Source: an uncultured cyanobacterium (GTDB lineage Bacteria; Cyanobacteriota; Cyanobacteriia; Cyanobacteriales; CAWCAG01). Taken from it: a stretch of 64,000 bases of DNA. Below are positions 1 to 9,902 of this stretch, one piece after another (the first letter of the stretch is position 1; each line of letters begins with the position of its first letter). Position numbers and translations under genes: made by a program. The stretch is taken from positions 160,001 through 224,000 of the forward strand of contig CAWCAG010000007.1 in the NCBI GenBank assembly GCA_963793425.1, read 5' to 3'. A model generated the notes under the pieces. The model was not told where the DNA came from, searched no databases, and saw nothing but the letters and a program-made list of their open reading frames with translations.

Positions 1-1
1 T

Positions 2-1588
2 GCCGTTAGTAGCGTGGTGAAAGGTACTTTAGGATTCATGCCACCGGAACAACTTTTTAACCGCCAGTTAACCAAATCTGCTGATTTATACGGTTTGGGA
101 ATGACGTTGATTTGTTTATTAACAGGGACAAATTCTGCTGCGGTAGGCAGCTTAATTGATGCTAATTATCATACTCATTTCCGTCACCTTGTACCATCAG
201 GGGCGAATGGTTGGTTAAACTGGTTAGAGACATTAGTAGAACCAAATCCTCAAGAACGTTTTGCTGATGCTAAAACAGCGAAAGAAGCATTAGAAGAAAT
301 TGATCTAACTCGCTTACCGAAACTGAGGTTAAGTGAAAGACATCTAGAGATTGAAGCAAAGAAATGGGGAGAGAAAGTTACAGCAACTTTAGAAATTAGT
401 AATCCCATTCCTGACACTCTACTTTCTGGACATTGGGAAGTTATAGCCCATAATAGTGATCCACCTCATACTCCCTATGATCATAGTTGGATTAATATTC
501 ATCCTCTTAAGTTTTCTAGTAATCAGCAAACCTGTGAAATTGAAGTTGACACCAGTAAGTTGTTGGCTGGAGAAAGTTATAAGCGGCAGCTAGTCTTACA
601 TAGCAATGCAGCAGAAGATAGTCGAGTAGTCGATTTAGAGGTTAAAACACCACCTTTACCTAAATTGCCGCACCTTCATTATCCCTCTTTAATGCTAGTT
701 GCTGGAGTTTATTTTATAGCAGCATTAATATTTTCTATTGTATTTGTTGAAAAATTAGAAAATCCCTTTTTATCTCAACTTATTTCAGTCAAGGACTTTT
801 CTTTAAAATGGTTGATTTTCTTCTCTGCCTTCGGCATATTAGCAGGGACTCCTGTTAGTGACAGATTATTCAAAATAGCTACTCCTAAAAATATACAAAC
901 TTTTGCTATTCAAGCAAGATACGGAGCAATTTCAGGTTTATTTATCGGCTTTAGTATAGTTATTGTATCAGACCTTCTTCTTTTGTCTTATTATTTACGA
1001 AGTACAATTATGGTATTTTCGACCTTTTTGGGGGTAATTGCTTTTACCTATAGAAAGGTAAGTTTTCAAGAAAAAGCAGTTGATAAATATACGAAGTTAA
1101 TAGCCTTGTATTTAGCTATAGCTATAGGACTTTTACTAATATATGCTTATACAATTCATCCTAAAGGAGTTACAGATGGTTTGAGTATCTTTAGTTTAGG
1201 TATTTTTCTCTCTTTACCAAGTTTATATCTTGGCTACAAAATTCTAAAAAACGCTTGGGAAAAGAATATAAATTCAGGATTCTCTTCTATACAAGCTAGT
1301 CATATCAGTTTGTTGACTGCTGGTTTAGCAGCAAGTATTGGTGCTGCTATCACAGCTATTTATTACTACAATAATCAAAAATCACTATCTAATACAATCT
1401 ATTATTATGATTATATTGAAAGTTCTGAATTTCCGTTAGGGCCATTAATTGCCATTATTGCTATAGCCAGTGTTTGTCTTATTACTCATAGCATTATACT
1501 TCTTATAAGTGTTATCTCTAAGCAACGTTATGTTAAAAGAATAGTTGCTCAATATCAAGTGAAGGAAGGGCAACTTATTAAGCCTTAA
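2..1588 (+). CDS. Ser/Thr protein kinase, 5'-partial (end of kinase domain, beta-rich linker domain, multi-TM C-terminus)
   Basis: Frame open from the window edge (AVSSVVKGTLGFMPPEQ, SADLYGLG); paralogue of 4497..6569; ends QLIKP. Confidence 0.9.
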   Translation, partial: AVSSVVKGTLGFMPPEQLFNRQLTKSADLYGLGMTLICLLTGTNSAAVGSLIDANYHTHFRHLVPSGANGWLNWLETLVEPNPQERFADAKTAKEALEEIDLTRLPKLRLSERHLEIEAKKWGEKVTATLEISNPIPDTLLSGHWEVIAHNSDPPHTPYDHSWINIHPLKFSSNQQTCEIEVDTSKLLAGESYKRQLVLHSNAAEDSRVVDLEVKTPPLPKLPHLHYPSLMLVAGVYFIAALIFSIVFVEKLENPFLSQLISVKDFSLKWLIFFSAFGILAGTPVSDRLFKIATPKNIQTFAIQARYGAISGLFIGFSIVIVSDLLLLSYYLRSTIMVFSTFLGVIAFTYRKVSFQEKAVDKYTKLIALYLAIAIGLLLIYAYTIHPKGVTDGLSIFSLGIFLSLPSLYLGYKILKNAWEKNINSGFSSIQASHISLLTAGLAASIGAAITAIYYYNNQKSLSNTIYYYDYIESSEFPLGPLIAIIAIASVCLITHSIILLISVISKQRYVKRIVAQYQVKEGQLIKP

Positions 1589-1598
1589 AGTTTCGTAA

Positions 1599-2228
1599 TT
1601 ACCAATTATAAATCGATTGGTAACTGTCTGGGCAAATTAGTCTATTATTTTCTAAACTAGGCATTTCAGTTGGTAAAGGTTGATGAGGTAAGATTTCGCA
1701 CATAACTGAGCTAGTTTTCGCTACTTCACTACTATTAGTAAAAATAGCAACTGAAAGTAAATAACTACTAACATTGTTTCTCCTAGCTTGAGCTATTGTA
1801 AGTATCTGTTCAACTCCGCCTTGAGGTTGAACTTCTTTTGGTTGCATTGGTACTAGAATCCGATAGCTATATTTGTGGCTATCTCTAGCTTTTGCTATAG
1901 CTGATTTTAAATTAGTATGATATTCCAAGGCTAAGTCTTTACTAATTTTTGGTACAATCTCTTCTTCAATTTTTTCAGTGGGACTCAATGAGTAATAAAT
2001 ATCAGGATATCGCTTTCTATTGTTAAAAAGTTTGACTATCCGTTTTCTAGAAAAAGTATATTCTAGATCATGCCAACAGTTTGACTCAAAAAAGCTACCA
2101 TCACAAAAGCTATATGCAGGAATAAGTAAAAGAGTAGCTACATTACTATAAAGAAAAATCCTAACTAAAAAACCTAAAAAGGTATAACCTTTTGCTTTCT
2201 CTTGATTAACTTGCTCATGATTAGACAT
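1599..2228 (-). CDS. Type IV pilin-like G/H family protein (divergent)
   Basis: Prepilin-like KG|YTFLG N-terminus; C-terminal YSYRI...AQA...SSY...CE...P...CP pattern shared with 3785..4354. Confidence 0.7.
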   Translation of the reverse strand: MSNHEQVNQEKAKGYTFLGFLVRIFLYSNVATLLLIPAYSFCDGSFFESNCWHDLEYTFSRKRIVKLFNNRKRYPDIYYSLSPTEKIEEEIVPKISKDLALEYHTNLKSAIAKARDSHKYSYRILVPMQPKEVQPQGGVEQILTIAQARRNNVSSYLLSVAIFTNSSEVAKTSSVMCEILPHQPLPTEMPSLENNRLICPDSYQSIYNW

Positions 2229-2314
2229 GATTTTAATTAAGAATCGCTATATTCACTGTTTAAATTCTAGCTAAAGTTTATAGAATAGGAGAAGTTTCTC
2301 ATCAATTTTGCAAA

Positions 2315-3580
2315 ATGGCAGACTTCCCTGACTTTACTAACTACGGCTATCAAATACTCTCAGAATTAGGACATAATCGTGCTGGGGGCAGAGTCACCTA
2401 TTTAGCCAAAGAAATTAATACCGGAATTTCTGTCGTTATTAAACAGTTTCAATTTGCTCAAACTAGCAACACTTGGTCAGATTATCATGCTTATGAAAGA
2501 GAAATTGCTGTCCTGAAAAAAATTAATCATCCGCAAATTCCTCGCTACCTTGACTCTTTTCCTACTGTTAGTGGTTTTTGCTTGTTGCAAGAATATAAAA
2601 ATGCCCCTTCTTTAGTGAAGCAAACTCAATTATCACCTCAACAGGTAAAACAGATTGCGATCGCAGTTTTAGATATTCTGCAATACTTACATAACCAAGT
2701 TCCCCCAATTATTCACCGGGATTTGAAACCAGAGAATATTTTAGTAGATAAAGATTTGAAAGTTAATTTAGTAGACTTTGGTTTTGCCCGGTTAGGAGGA
2801 GGAGAAGTTGCTGTTAGTAGTGTGGTCAAAGGTACATTAGGTTTTATGCCCCCAGAACAAATGTTTAACCGCCAAATTACTCCCGCTTCGGATCTTTATA
2901 GTTTGGGGGCAACGTTAATTTGTTTGCTTACTGGCACTCCTTCTACAGAAGTGGGTAACTTAATGGATGAAACCGGAAAAATTAACTTTATCAAGCAAGT
3001 TCCTCACCTTAGTTTTGAGTTTATTGATTGGTTGCAAAAAATGGTTGCACCTCTGCCTCAAGAGCGCTATAGTAGTGCAGAAGTAGCTTTAAATGCTCTG
3101 ATTACTTTGCAAGTTTTACGTCCCCAAGAATCGATTGGAAAGCTTAAATTTGTAACGACTTTAGCTTTAGTAATTGCCGGGCTTGTTATAGTTATAGATA
3201 CTCCTTTGTCAAGAAAACAACAGCTTGGTGTAGCCGAATTAAATCCTTCAGCAGTGAAAATGTATACTCAAATGGGATCAGCTTTAGATGGTGCAGGGGA
3301 AGAATTAAAATCTGTACCTCTTAATGTTGAACAAGTTTACTTCACAGTAAAAATGGATGATGTAACTAGTTCTAGTAGTGAGAGTGTTTGTCAACTTTTT
3401 GATAGTGAAGGAAAATTGGTAGGGATGGGAAATACTGAATTATTTGGTGAACAAGGAAGTTTAGAAACTTTCTGTGCCTATCAATTTTCTCCCGAAACAG
3501 CTAAACCAGGGCAATGGCAGTTTAATTTTGCTGTTGATGGGAAAGTGGTAGTCAAGAAAAATATTACCGTAGTTAATTAA
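2315..3580 (+). CDS. Ser/Thr protein kinase with a single TM helix and a C-terminal beta-rich domain
   Basis: VVIKQF, HRDLKPEN, DFG and GTLGFMPPEQ motifs; hydrophobic LALVIAGLVIVID segment. Confidence 0.92.
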   Translation: MADFPDFTNYGYQILSELGHNRAGGRVTYLAKEINTGISVVIKQFQFAQTSNTWSDYHAYEREIAVLKKINHPQIPRYLDSFPTVSGFCLLQEYKNAPSLVKQTQLSPQQVKQIAIAVLDILQYLHNQVPPIIHRDLKPENILVDKDLKVNLVDFGFARLGGGEVAVSSVVKGTLGFMPPEQMFNRQITPASDLYSLGATLICLLTGTPSTEVGNLMDETGKINFIKQVPHLSFEFIDWLQKMVAPLPQERYSSAEVALNALITLQVLRPQESIGKLKFVTTLALVIAGLVIVIDTPLSRKQQLGVAELNPSAVKMYTQMGSALDGAGEELKSVPLNVEQVYFTVKMDDVTSSSSESVCQLFDSEGKLVGMGNTELFGEQGSLETFCAYQFSPETAKPGQWQFNFAVDGKVVVKKNITVVN

Positions 3581-3784
3581 TAGAATTGGCTTATTAGTAA
3601 TTTTTTAAAGGTAAGAATCAATGAAGAGTAAAAATAGTTATAGAAAAGGCTTTTTAGGAGCGCACCTTTTCCACCATGTACATAATATCATGTCAAGGAG
3701 CAACAAAACAAGTCTTTTAAAAAGAAATTCTTGCCCTAATTATCTCATTCTAGATTCGGCTTATTGAAAGATGGGAAAACTGCT

Positions 3785-4354
3785 TTACTTGATAGTCTCA
3801 TAACCTTCAGGACAAACCAACTTATCCTCAACTATTTTTGGCATTATTGTTGGTAAAGCTTGATTCGGTTTTATTTTACACAAAACTGCTATTGTCTTAT
3901 CTGTTTCAGCAGAAGCGTTAGGAATAGCAACAACTGAACCTAAATAACTACTGAGATTTGCTTTCTTCGCTTGTCCAATATTAACTATCTGTTGAAATTC
4001 ATATTGAGGTGCAAGCTCTTGAGGCTCCATCGGTGTTACAATTTGATAGCTGTAATCCACAGTATCTTTATACCTTTCTAAAGCTAATCCCGATAAATCA
4101 ATGGAAAACTGGTTGTTCCTTGCATAATAAGTTTGTTGGGCAAGATTAACTGAATTGATCTTCGTCTTAGCTTCTGATTGTTTATCCTCATCAGTAGAGT
4201 TGTTCTGGATACATAAAAAACAATTTGGATCAAACTTTTGAAAAGGAAGCAGTAAAGTAGTTAGCACACTGCTATAAAGAAAAACTCTGACTAAGAAGCC
4301 AGGGAAAGTAAAACCTTTTATGCTTTGTTGCTTAATTTGCTTATATTTAGACAT
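3785..4354 (-). CDS. Type IV pilin-like G/H family protein
   Basis: KG|FTFPG N-terminus; KQSEAKTKINSVNLAQQTYY..NNQF, LSSY and terminal C...CP motifs typical of cyanobacterial Pilin_GH. Confidence 0.85.
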   Translation of the reverse strand: MSKYKQIKQQSIKGFTFPGFLVRVFLYSSVLTTLLLPFQKFDPNCFLCIQNNSTDEDKQSEAKTKINSVNLAQQTYYARNNQFSIDLSGLALERYKDTVDYSYQIVTPMEPQELAPQYEFQQIVNIGQAKKANLSSYLGSVVAIPNASAETDKTIAVLCKIKPNQALPTIMPKIVEDKLVCPEGYETIK

Positions 4355-4496
4355 TAAACATTTATCATTTACCTAATTTAGTATGCAACAACGGCAAGCC
4401 GTACAATTAGCTAATGATTGCCGGATCACTACATTCAATGTTTCAATTCTAACCAAAGTTTATACAATAGGGAAAGTTGCTACCCAATTTGGTAAA

Positions 4497-6569
4497 ATGG
4501 CAGACTTCCCTGAATTAAAAGACTATAAGATTCTGCAAGAGTTAGGACACAATAGTTTAGGGGGGCGAGTAACTTATCTTGCTAACCAGGTAGCTAATAA
4601 CCAGAAGGTTGTTATCAAACAGTTTCAGTTTGCCCAACTGGGGGCTAATTGGCAAGAATATGAAACCTACGAACAAGAATTAAATATGCTGCGGAATCTC
4701 AACCATCCCAGCATTCCTCATTACTTAGATTCTTTCTCTACTCCCCAAGGTTTCTGTTTAGTACAAGAATACATCGAAGCAGTTCCTTTAACCACACCGA
4801 AAAGTTGGACATCGGATAGTATTAGACAACTCGCCTTGGCTGTTTTAGATATTCTTATTTATTTGCAACAACAGCAACCTGGTATTATTCATCGGGATTT
4901 AAAACCAGAGAATATCTTAATAGATGTAGAAGAGAAAGTTTATTTAGTAGACTTTGGTTTTGCCGGTAGTGGAGGGGGAGAAGTCGCCGTTAGTAGTGTG
5001 GTGAAAGGTACATTAGGCTTTATGCCACCGGAACAACTTTTTAACCGCCAGTTAACCGAATCTGCTGATTTATATGGTTTAGGAATGACGTTGATTTGTT
5101 TGTTAACGGGGACTAATTCTGCAAGCATAGGAAATTTAATTGATGCTAACTATTATGTTCATTTTCGTCACATAGTACCATCGGGGGCCAATGCTTGGTT
5201 AAATTGGTTAGAGAATTTGGTAGAAGCGAATCCTCAAGACCGTTTCGCTAATGCAACTGAAGCTAAGGAAGCATTAGAAGAAATCGATTTAAGTCGCTTA
5301 CCGAAATTGAGGTTAAGTAAGGAAAAGTTAGAGTTTAAAGCAAACAGATGGGGGAAAAAGATTGAAGCAAGTTTAGATATTACTAATCCCATTCCTGACA
5401 CTTTACTTTCTGGGCGTTGGGAAGTTGCTGCCCATAAGAGTGATCCACCCCATAGCCCTTATAAACACAGTTGGATTAATATTCATCCTCTTAAGTTTTC
5501 TAGTAATCAACAAACTTGTCAAATTGAAGTCGATACCAGTAAGTTATTAGCTAATAGAATTTATCAACGGCAACTAATTTTACATAGCAATGCAGGAGAA
5601 GATAGTCGAGTAGTTGATTTAGAAGTTAAAACACTACCTTTACCTAAATCACCTCGTATTCATTATCTTTCTTTAATACTAGTCGCTGGTGTTTATTTTC
5701 TAGCGGTATTGCTATGTAGCCAATTTCTTCTGAATGCAGATGCTTTTGTTGAAAACTTTTCTTTAAATTTGCTATTTTTGCTATTTGGTTGGGGTATCTT
5801 ATGGGGAACTCCTATTAATGATAAATTGCTATCTATAACGAACAAGAATGTTCATTTAAGATTTGCTATGGGGGCATTGATAGGAACTATTTTTGCTTTA
5901 TTGATAGTATTCTATATCCCATTCTTGCTCGCAACTATAACTTTTTCTAGTTTTGTTTTAATGGGAGTAAGCGCTTTCCCTAGTGAAGAGGTGAACACAA
6001 AGAAAGCTTCTATTAATAATAGAAAGAAATTAATCTGGTTGTTATTGCTTCTTTTGGGGGGATACGTATTAACCGTTTTGGGGTTAAGTATATATCCGAT
6101 AGAATTTATTGCCTACTCCTCAAACTCACAAAATGTATATGAGGGTTCTATTTTTTCCTACATTTGGCAAAAACTCGAAGTAATATGGCCCTACATTTGG
6201 CAAGGATGTGGAATGATAATAGTCTTTTTTGCTAGTGTTTGCTTCAGTTACGTAATTTCAAAAAATGCTAAAGACAAACATATATTACAACTCGGCATTT
6301 CTGACAGTGAAGCCCATTCTCTTAGTTTTCTAACTGCTGGTTTAGGAGCAAGTATTGGTGCAGTAATTGTGGCTATTTATTGTCTCACCAATCAAGCTAT
6401 ACTTTCTAATCTCAACTTACAACAGCAATTAGTTATTATTACTTTAGCCAGTATTCCTATGATTGCCCATGCTAGCTTGCTCAGTAAATTTATTATTTTT
6501 AAACCACGCCATATCAAAAGAATAATTACCAACTATAAAAATCAAAAAGAACAATTAATCAAGCCTTAA
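4497..6569 (+). CDS. Ser/Thr protein kinase with beta-rich domain and multi-TM C-terminus
   Basis: Kinase motifs HRDLKPEN, DFG, GTLGFMPPEQ; start moved to ATG 4497 (MADFP, matching the 2315 paralogue). Confidence 0.92.
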   Translation: MADFPELKDYKILQELGHNSLGGRVTYLANQVANNQKVVIKQFQFAQLGANWQEYETYEQELNMLRNLNHPSIPHYLDSFSTPQGFCLVQEYIEAVPLTTPKSWTSDSIRQLALAVLDILIYLQQQQPGIIHRDLKPENILIDVEEKVYLVDFGFAGSGGGEVAVSSVVKGTLGFMPPEQLFNRQLTESADLYGLGMTLICLLTGTNSASIGNLIDANYYVHFRHIVPSGANAWLNWLENLVEANPQDRFANATEAKEALEEIDLSRLPKLRLSKEKLEFKANRWGKKIEASLDITNPIPDTLLSGRWEVAAHKSDPPHSPYKHSWINIHPLKFSSNQQTCQIEVDTSKLLANRIYQRQLILHSNAGEDSRVVDLEVKTLPLPKSPRIHYLSLILVAGVYFLAVLLCSQFLLNADAFVENFSLNLLFLLFGWGILWGTPINDKLLSITNKNVHLRFAMGALIGTIFALLIVFYIPFLLATITFSSFVLMGVSAFPSEEVNTKKASINNRKKLIWLLLLLLGGYVLTVLGLSIYPIEFIAYSSNSQNVYEGSIFSYIWQKLEVIWPYIWQGCGMIIVFFASVCFSYVISKNAKDKHILQLGISDSEAHSLSFLTAGLGASIGAVIVAIYCLTNQAILSNLNLQQQLVIITLASIPMIAHASLLSKFIIFKPRHIKRIITNYKNQKEQLIKP

Positions 6570-6599
6570 AACTTAAATAATTCACAATTCAGTAGCTAA

Positions 6600-7214
6600 C
6601 TAACCAACTTGAAAAACCTGTTCTGCTGTTAAAGTAAATTGTGGGAAAGTTGGAGAAATAATTGTTTCATCACCTCGAAACTGACTGACGTAATATTCTC
6701 CTTCAATTAGTTGATATACAGATAAAGTTGCTTGTTTAGGATTACCAATAAAATTCCTTCCTCCCAGGGCTGCATAATCAACAATCCAATATTCAGCAAT
6801 ACCCATCTCCTCATAATCTGCCCGCTTTTTAAAGTAATCATTGCGCCAGTTTGTACTCACAACCTCAACAACAAGCTTCACAGATTGAGCATTTTCAATA
6901 ATTGATTCTTTTTCCCAACGAGGTTCAAGGGGAACTTCATTTTGATCGATAATAATAATATCGGGTTCGTAACCGTTACCATTAACTGATTTAACTATAG
7001 ATTCTCTCGGAATTGTCCAAACCCCTCGCTTGCCCATAGCAATAATGGTAAGGATTAATTCTTCAATCAGAAATCCGGTGACATTAGAATGCTTTCCCGT
7101 TGGTTTAGGCATTTCAACAATAATCCCCTCATAAAGTTCGTAACGCCCGCTTTCGTTGGGATACCAGGTAATAAATTCTTCAAAGGTAGTAGGTTTAGTT
7201 AAAGATTGAACCAT
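6600..7214 (-). CDS. Uma2 family (DUF820) putative endonuclease
   Basis: RYEL.EG.IVEM, YEPD, LVVEVVST, YEEMGIAEYWIVD motifs. Confidence 0.9.
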   Translation of the reverse strand: MVQSLTKPTTFEEFITWYPNESGRYELYEGIIVEMPKPTGKHSNVTGFLIEELILTIIAMGKRGVWTIPRESIVKSVNGNGYEPDIIIIDQNEVPLEPRWEKESIIENAQSVKLVVEVVSTNWRNDYFKKRADYEEMGIAEYWIVDYAALGGRNFIGNPKQATLSVYQLIEGEYYVSQFRGDETIISPTFPQFTLTAEQVFQVG

Positions 7215-7300
7215 AGCATTTCCCGTAGAGGAATTATTTTAAATTTTAGCCTAGGTGCAAACGGTGGTCGCTTAAAACCATCTGTAAAATCAAAGGCAAT

Positions 7301-8443
7301 TTAGCTATTAAAAACATCACTAGCTGCGGCAATACCTGCCCCTGGGGTTATCTCTTTGCCTAACTCTGGCAAAACTGCTTCTAAAGCAGCAATAACTGTG
7401 AGGATATCGCGATCGCCAGCAAAACCAAGATGCCCAATCCGGAAGATTTTCCCTTTTAAATGGTTTTGCCCGCCCGCTAGTTCAATATTAAACCGCTTCT
7501 TCAGCAATCCTCGAATTGCTTCAGATTCCACAGGATGAGGCGAAATTGCTGTGACAGCAGGGCTAGCTGCAGTTTCCTTGGCAAACAGAGTCAAACCCAA
7601 AGCTTTTATTGCTTCACGAGTCGCTTTTCCTAAACGTTGATGTCGCCGGAAAATATTTTCTAACCCTTCTGCTTGCATCATCTCCAAAGCCACCCGGAGT
7701 CCAAACATTAAGTTTACCGGAGGTGTAAAGGGGCTACTATCTTGTGCCGCAAAATCTCTGTACTTACCTAAATCAAGGTAAAAACGGGGAAACTTAGCTA
7801 ATTTATAAGCTGCCCAAGCTTTAGGGCTAACAGATACCAAACCCAAGCCAGGGGGAATCATATAACCTTTTTGGGAACCAGAAACAACCACATCCAAACC
7901 CCACTCATCTACAGGTAGATTGCAAGTTCCTAGGCTGGTGACAGCATCAACAATCACTAAACTGTATCCAACTTCCTTAACGTACTTAGCAATAGTTTCT
8001 AGGTCATTGAGAACCCCTGTAGAGGTTTCGGAATGGGTAACAATCACCGCCTTAATTTTTGGATCTTTCTCTAAACAAACACGAAACTCCTCTGGATCAA
8101 GAGGTTGCCCCCACTCCGCCGCAACTTTCGTCACCTGTAAGCCAAAAATCTCGCACAAATCTACCCAGCGATCGCCAAACTTCCCATTACAACCAACCAA
8201 AACGCCATCGCCAGGACTAAGAAAATTAATAATCCCAGCTTCGGTTGCCCCCGTACCACTTACAGTTAGGGGCAAAACATCATTTTCAGTTTGATGTAAC
8301 CACTTCAGCCCCGCCGTTATCTCGGCGCTAAGTTGATTGTATTCCGAACTACGATGGCTAATCGGTTGTTGCGCGATCGCCCCCAAAACCTTCTCCGGTA
8401 CAGGAGTAGGCCCCGGAATCATTAACATTGGTTTATTGTTCAT
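7301..8443 (-). CDS. Class V PLP aminotransferase (alanine-glyoxylate/serine-pyruvate family)
   Basis: LMIPGPTP, HSETSTG, DAVTS, SGSQKG (PLP lysine), FRIGH; start trimmed to MNNKPMLM. Confidence 0.92.
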   Translation of the reverse strand: MNNKPMLMIPGPTPVPEKVLGAIAQQPISHRSSEYNQLSAEITAGLKWLHQTENDVLPLTVSGTGATEAGIINFLSPGDGVLVGCNGKFGDRWVDLCEIFGLQVTKVAAEWGQPLDPEEFRVCLEKDPKIKAVIVTHSETSTGVLNDLETIAKYVKEVGYSLVIVDAVTSLGTCNLPVDEWGLDVVVSGSQKGYMIPPGLGLVSVSPKAWAAYKLAKFPRFYLDLGKYRDFAAQDSSPFTPPVNLMFGLRVALEMMQAEGLENIFRRHQRLGKATREAIKALGLTLFAKETAASPAVTAISPHPVESEAIRGLLKKRFNIELAGGQNHLKGKIFRIGHLGFAGDRDILTVIAALEAVLPELGKEITPGAGIAAASDVFNS

Positions 8444-8484
8444 TAATGAAGAAAAGGTAACGGGGTAACAGGGAGACAAAGCAT

Positions 8485-8520
8485 CACTGATCATTGATCA
8501 TTGACCATTGACCATTGACC
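8485..8520. repeat. Heptamer short tandem repeat (YCATTGA)n
   Basis: tcattga tcattga ccattga ccattga. Confidence 0.8.
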
Positions 8521-8808
8521 TCAGCCAACATTATTTCTTTTTTCTGGCAAAGGAATAACCTCCAATAACTCCTCCCTTCTAGAAACTGTATGATTAAGCG
8601 ACCAACGAGATTCATAGGGCAAGTCAAAATGCTGACAAGTACTTTCGATCTGCTTTTGCTGTGCCAAGGCTTTACGAATTAGAATAATTAGTTGCTGAAC
8701 TTGCTTTTTCACCGCAGGATTTTCATTAGCGGCAAAAGAACTTTGCCTTTCTAAAAGTTGCAGCAGTAATTCATAATGAACATGAGAAGGAAGAGGTATT
8801 GGTTCCAT
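8521..8808 (-). CDS. Conserved cyanobacterial protein (DUF5340-like)
   Basis: MEPIPLPSHVHYELLLQLLERQ N-terminus; lies directly downstream of trpC. Confidence 0.75.
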   Translation of the reverse strand: MEPIPLPSHVHYELLLQLLERQSSFAANENPAVKKQVQQLIILIRKALAQQKQIESTCQHFDLPYESRWSLNHTVSRREELLEVIPLPEKRNNVG

Positions 8809-8904
8809 GGGAGTTGATTATCATCAAAAGTAGAGTGGATCGGCATCATCGCAATCTAATGCTTCTTTTTGCCTACTAATAGTAGGTTTGTCTTGATATG
8901 GGGG

Positions 8905-9792
8905 TTAGTCACCTGGAAACAAAGACCTAATAGCTTTTTGAGGGTCTGGATTCCTTAAGAGTGATTCACCGATCAAAACAGCATCAGCACCAGCTTCTTT
9001 CACTAAATCAAGATCCACTGATGTGTGCAGCCCTGACTCGCTAACTACTTGAATGTTTCTTTCCTGCAAAGTTTCCCTCCGCAATTCCAGAATTTTACAA
9101 GTTGTTTGCAGATCAACCGAGAATTTTTTCAAATCGCGATTATTTATACCTACTAGCGTAACCCCTTCTAAGGGTAATACACGATCTAATTCCGCGAGGG
9201 TATGTACCTCTATGAGGGGAGTCATGCCCAATTTCTGGGCAATTTTAACAAAATATTGTAAATCTTGGTCGCTTAACACCGCCGCAATCAACAAAACCGC
9301 GTCAGCACCTTTGCTACGGGCTAAATAAATTTGGTAGGGATAAATGATGAATTCTTTACATAACAAAGGTAAGTCTACTGCTTCTCTAACCTTGGCTAGA
9401 TTTTCAAAACTGCCTTGAAAGAATTTTTGATCGGTTAATACTGACAAACAAGTTGCCCCAGCTTGTTGATAAGCTTTAGCGATCGCTACTGGATCAAAAT
9501 CTTCTCGAATTACTCCTTTACTAGGAGAAGCTTTTTTCACTTCCGCAATTAAAGCCGGTTGAGTTTTGCTTTGTTGCAAAGCCCCTAAAAAATCGCGAGG
9601 AGGTTCAACTTTCTCTACTAATTTACATAATTTTAATAAAGGGGTGGAATCGCGCAAACGTTCAACTTCTTGTTCTTTATGCCAAACAATTTCCTCAAGA
9701 ATATTATCAGGTTCAGCATCTGGTAAAGCCACCTGATAGCGCAATATACTAACATTAATTCCAGGACTGGGGGGTCTACGTCTTATTTGCAT
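8905..9792 (-). CDS. trpC: Indole-3-glycerol phosphate synthase
   Basis: [30 protein letters not shown] motifs. Confidence 0.97.
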   Translation of the reverse strand: MQIRRRPPSPGINVSILRYQVALPDAEPDNILEEIVWHKEQEVERLRDSTPLLKLCKLVEKVEPPRDFLGALQQSKTQPALIAEVKKASPSKGVIREDFDPVAIAKAYQQAGATCLSVLTDQKFFQGSFENLAKVREAVDLPLLCKEFIIYPYQIYLARSKGADAVLLIAAVLSDQDLQYFVKIAQKLGMTPLIEVHTLAELDRVLPLEGVTLVGINNRDLKKFSVDLQTTCKILELRRETLQERNIQVVSESGLHTSVDLDLVKEAGADAVLIGESLLRNPDPQKAIRSLFPGD

Positions 9793-9902
9793 TTTTGCTA
9801 ATGGCTAGTTGCTAGTTGTTACGGCGAACAGAGAACAAGGAAAGGGGAACACTAAAATATCTTCATTCCCCAAATTACTGATCAATGATCAATGATCATT
9901 GA

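Noticed and set aside
4383..4496. N-terminal extension of the 728-aa kinase ORF
   Set aside because: This stretch matches the non-coding leader of the 2315 paralogue; the true start is ATG 4497
7255..7284. Possible third HIP1-type micro-insertion (GTG-CAAACGGTGGTCGCTTAAAACC-ATCTG)
   Set aside because: Flanks are too degenerate and there is no restorable context to confirm it
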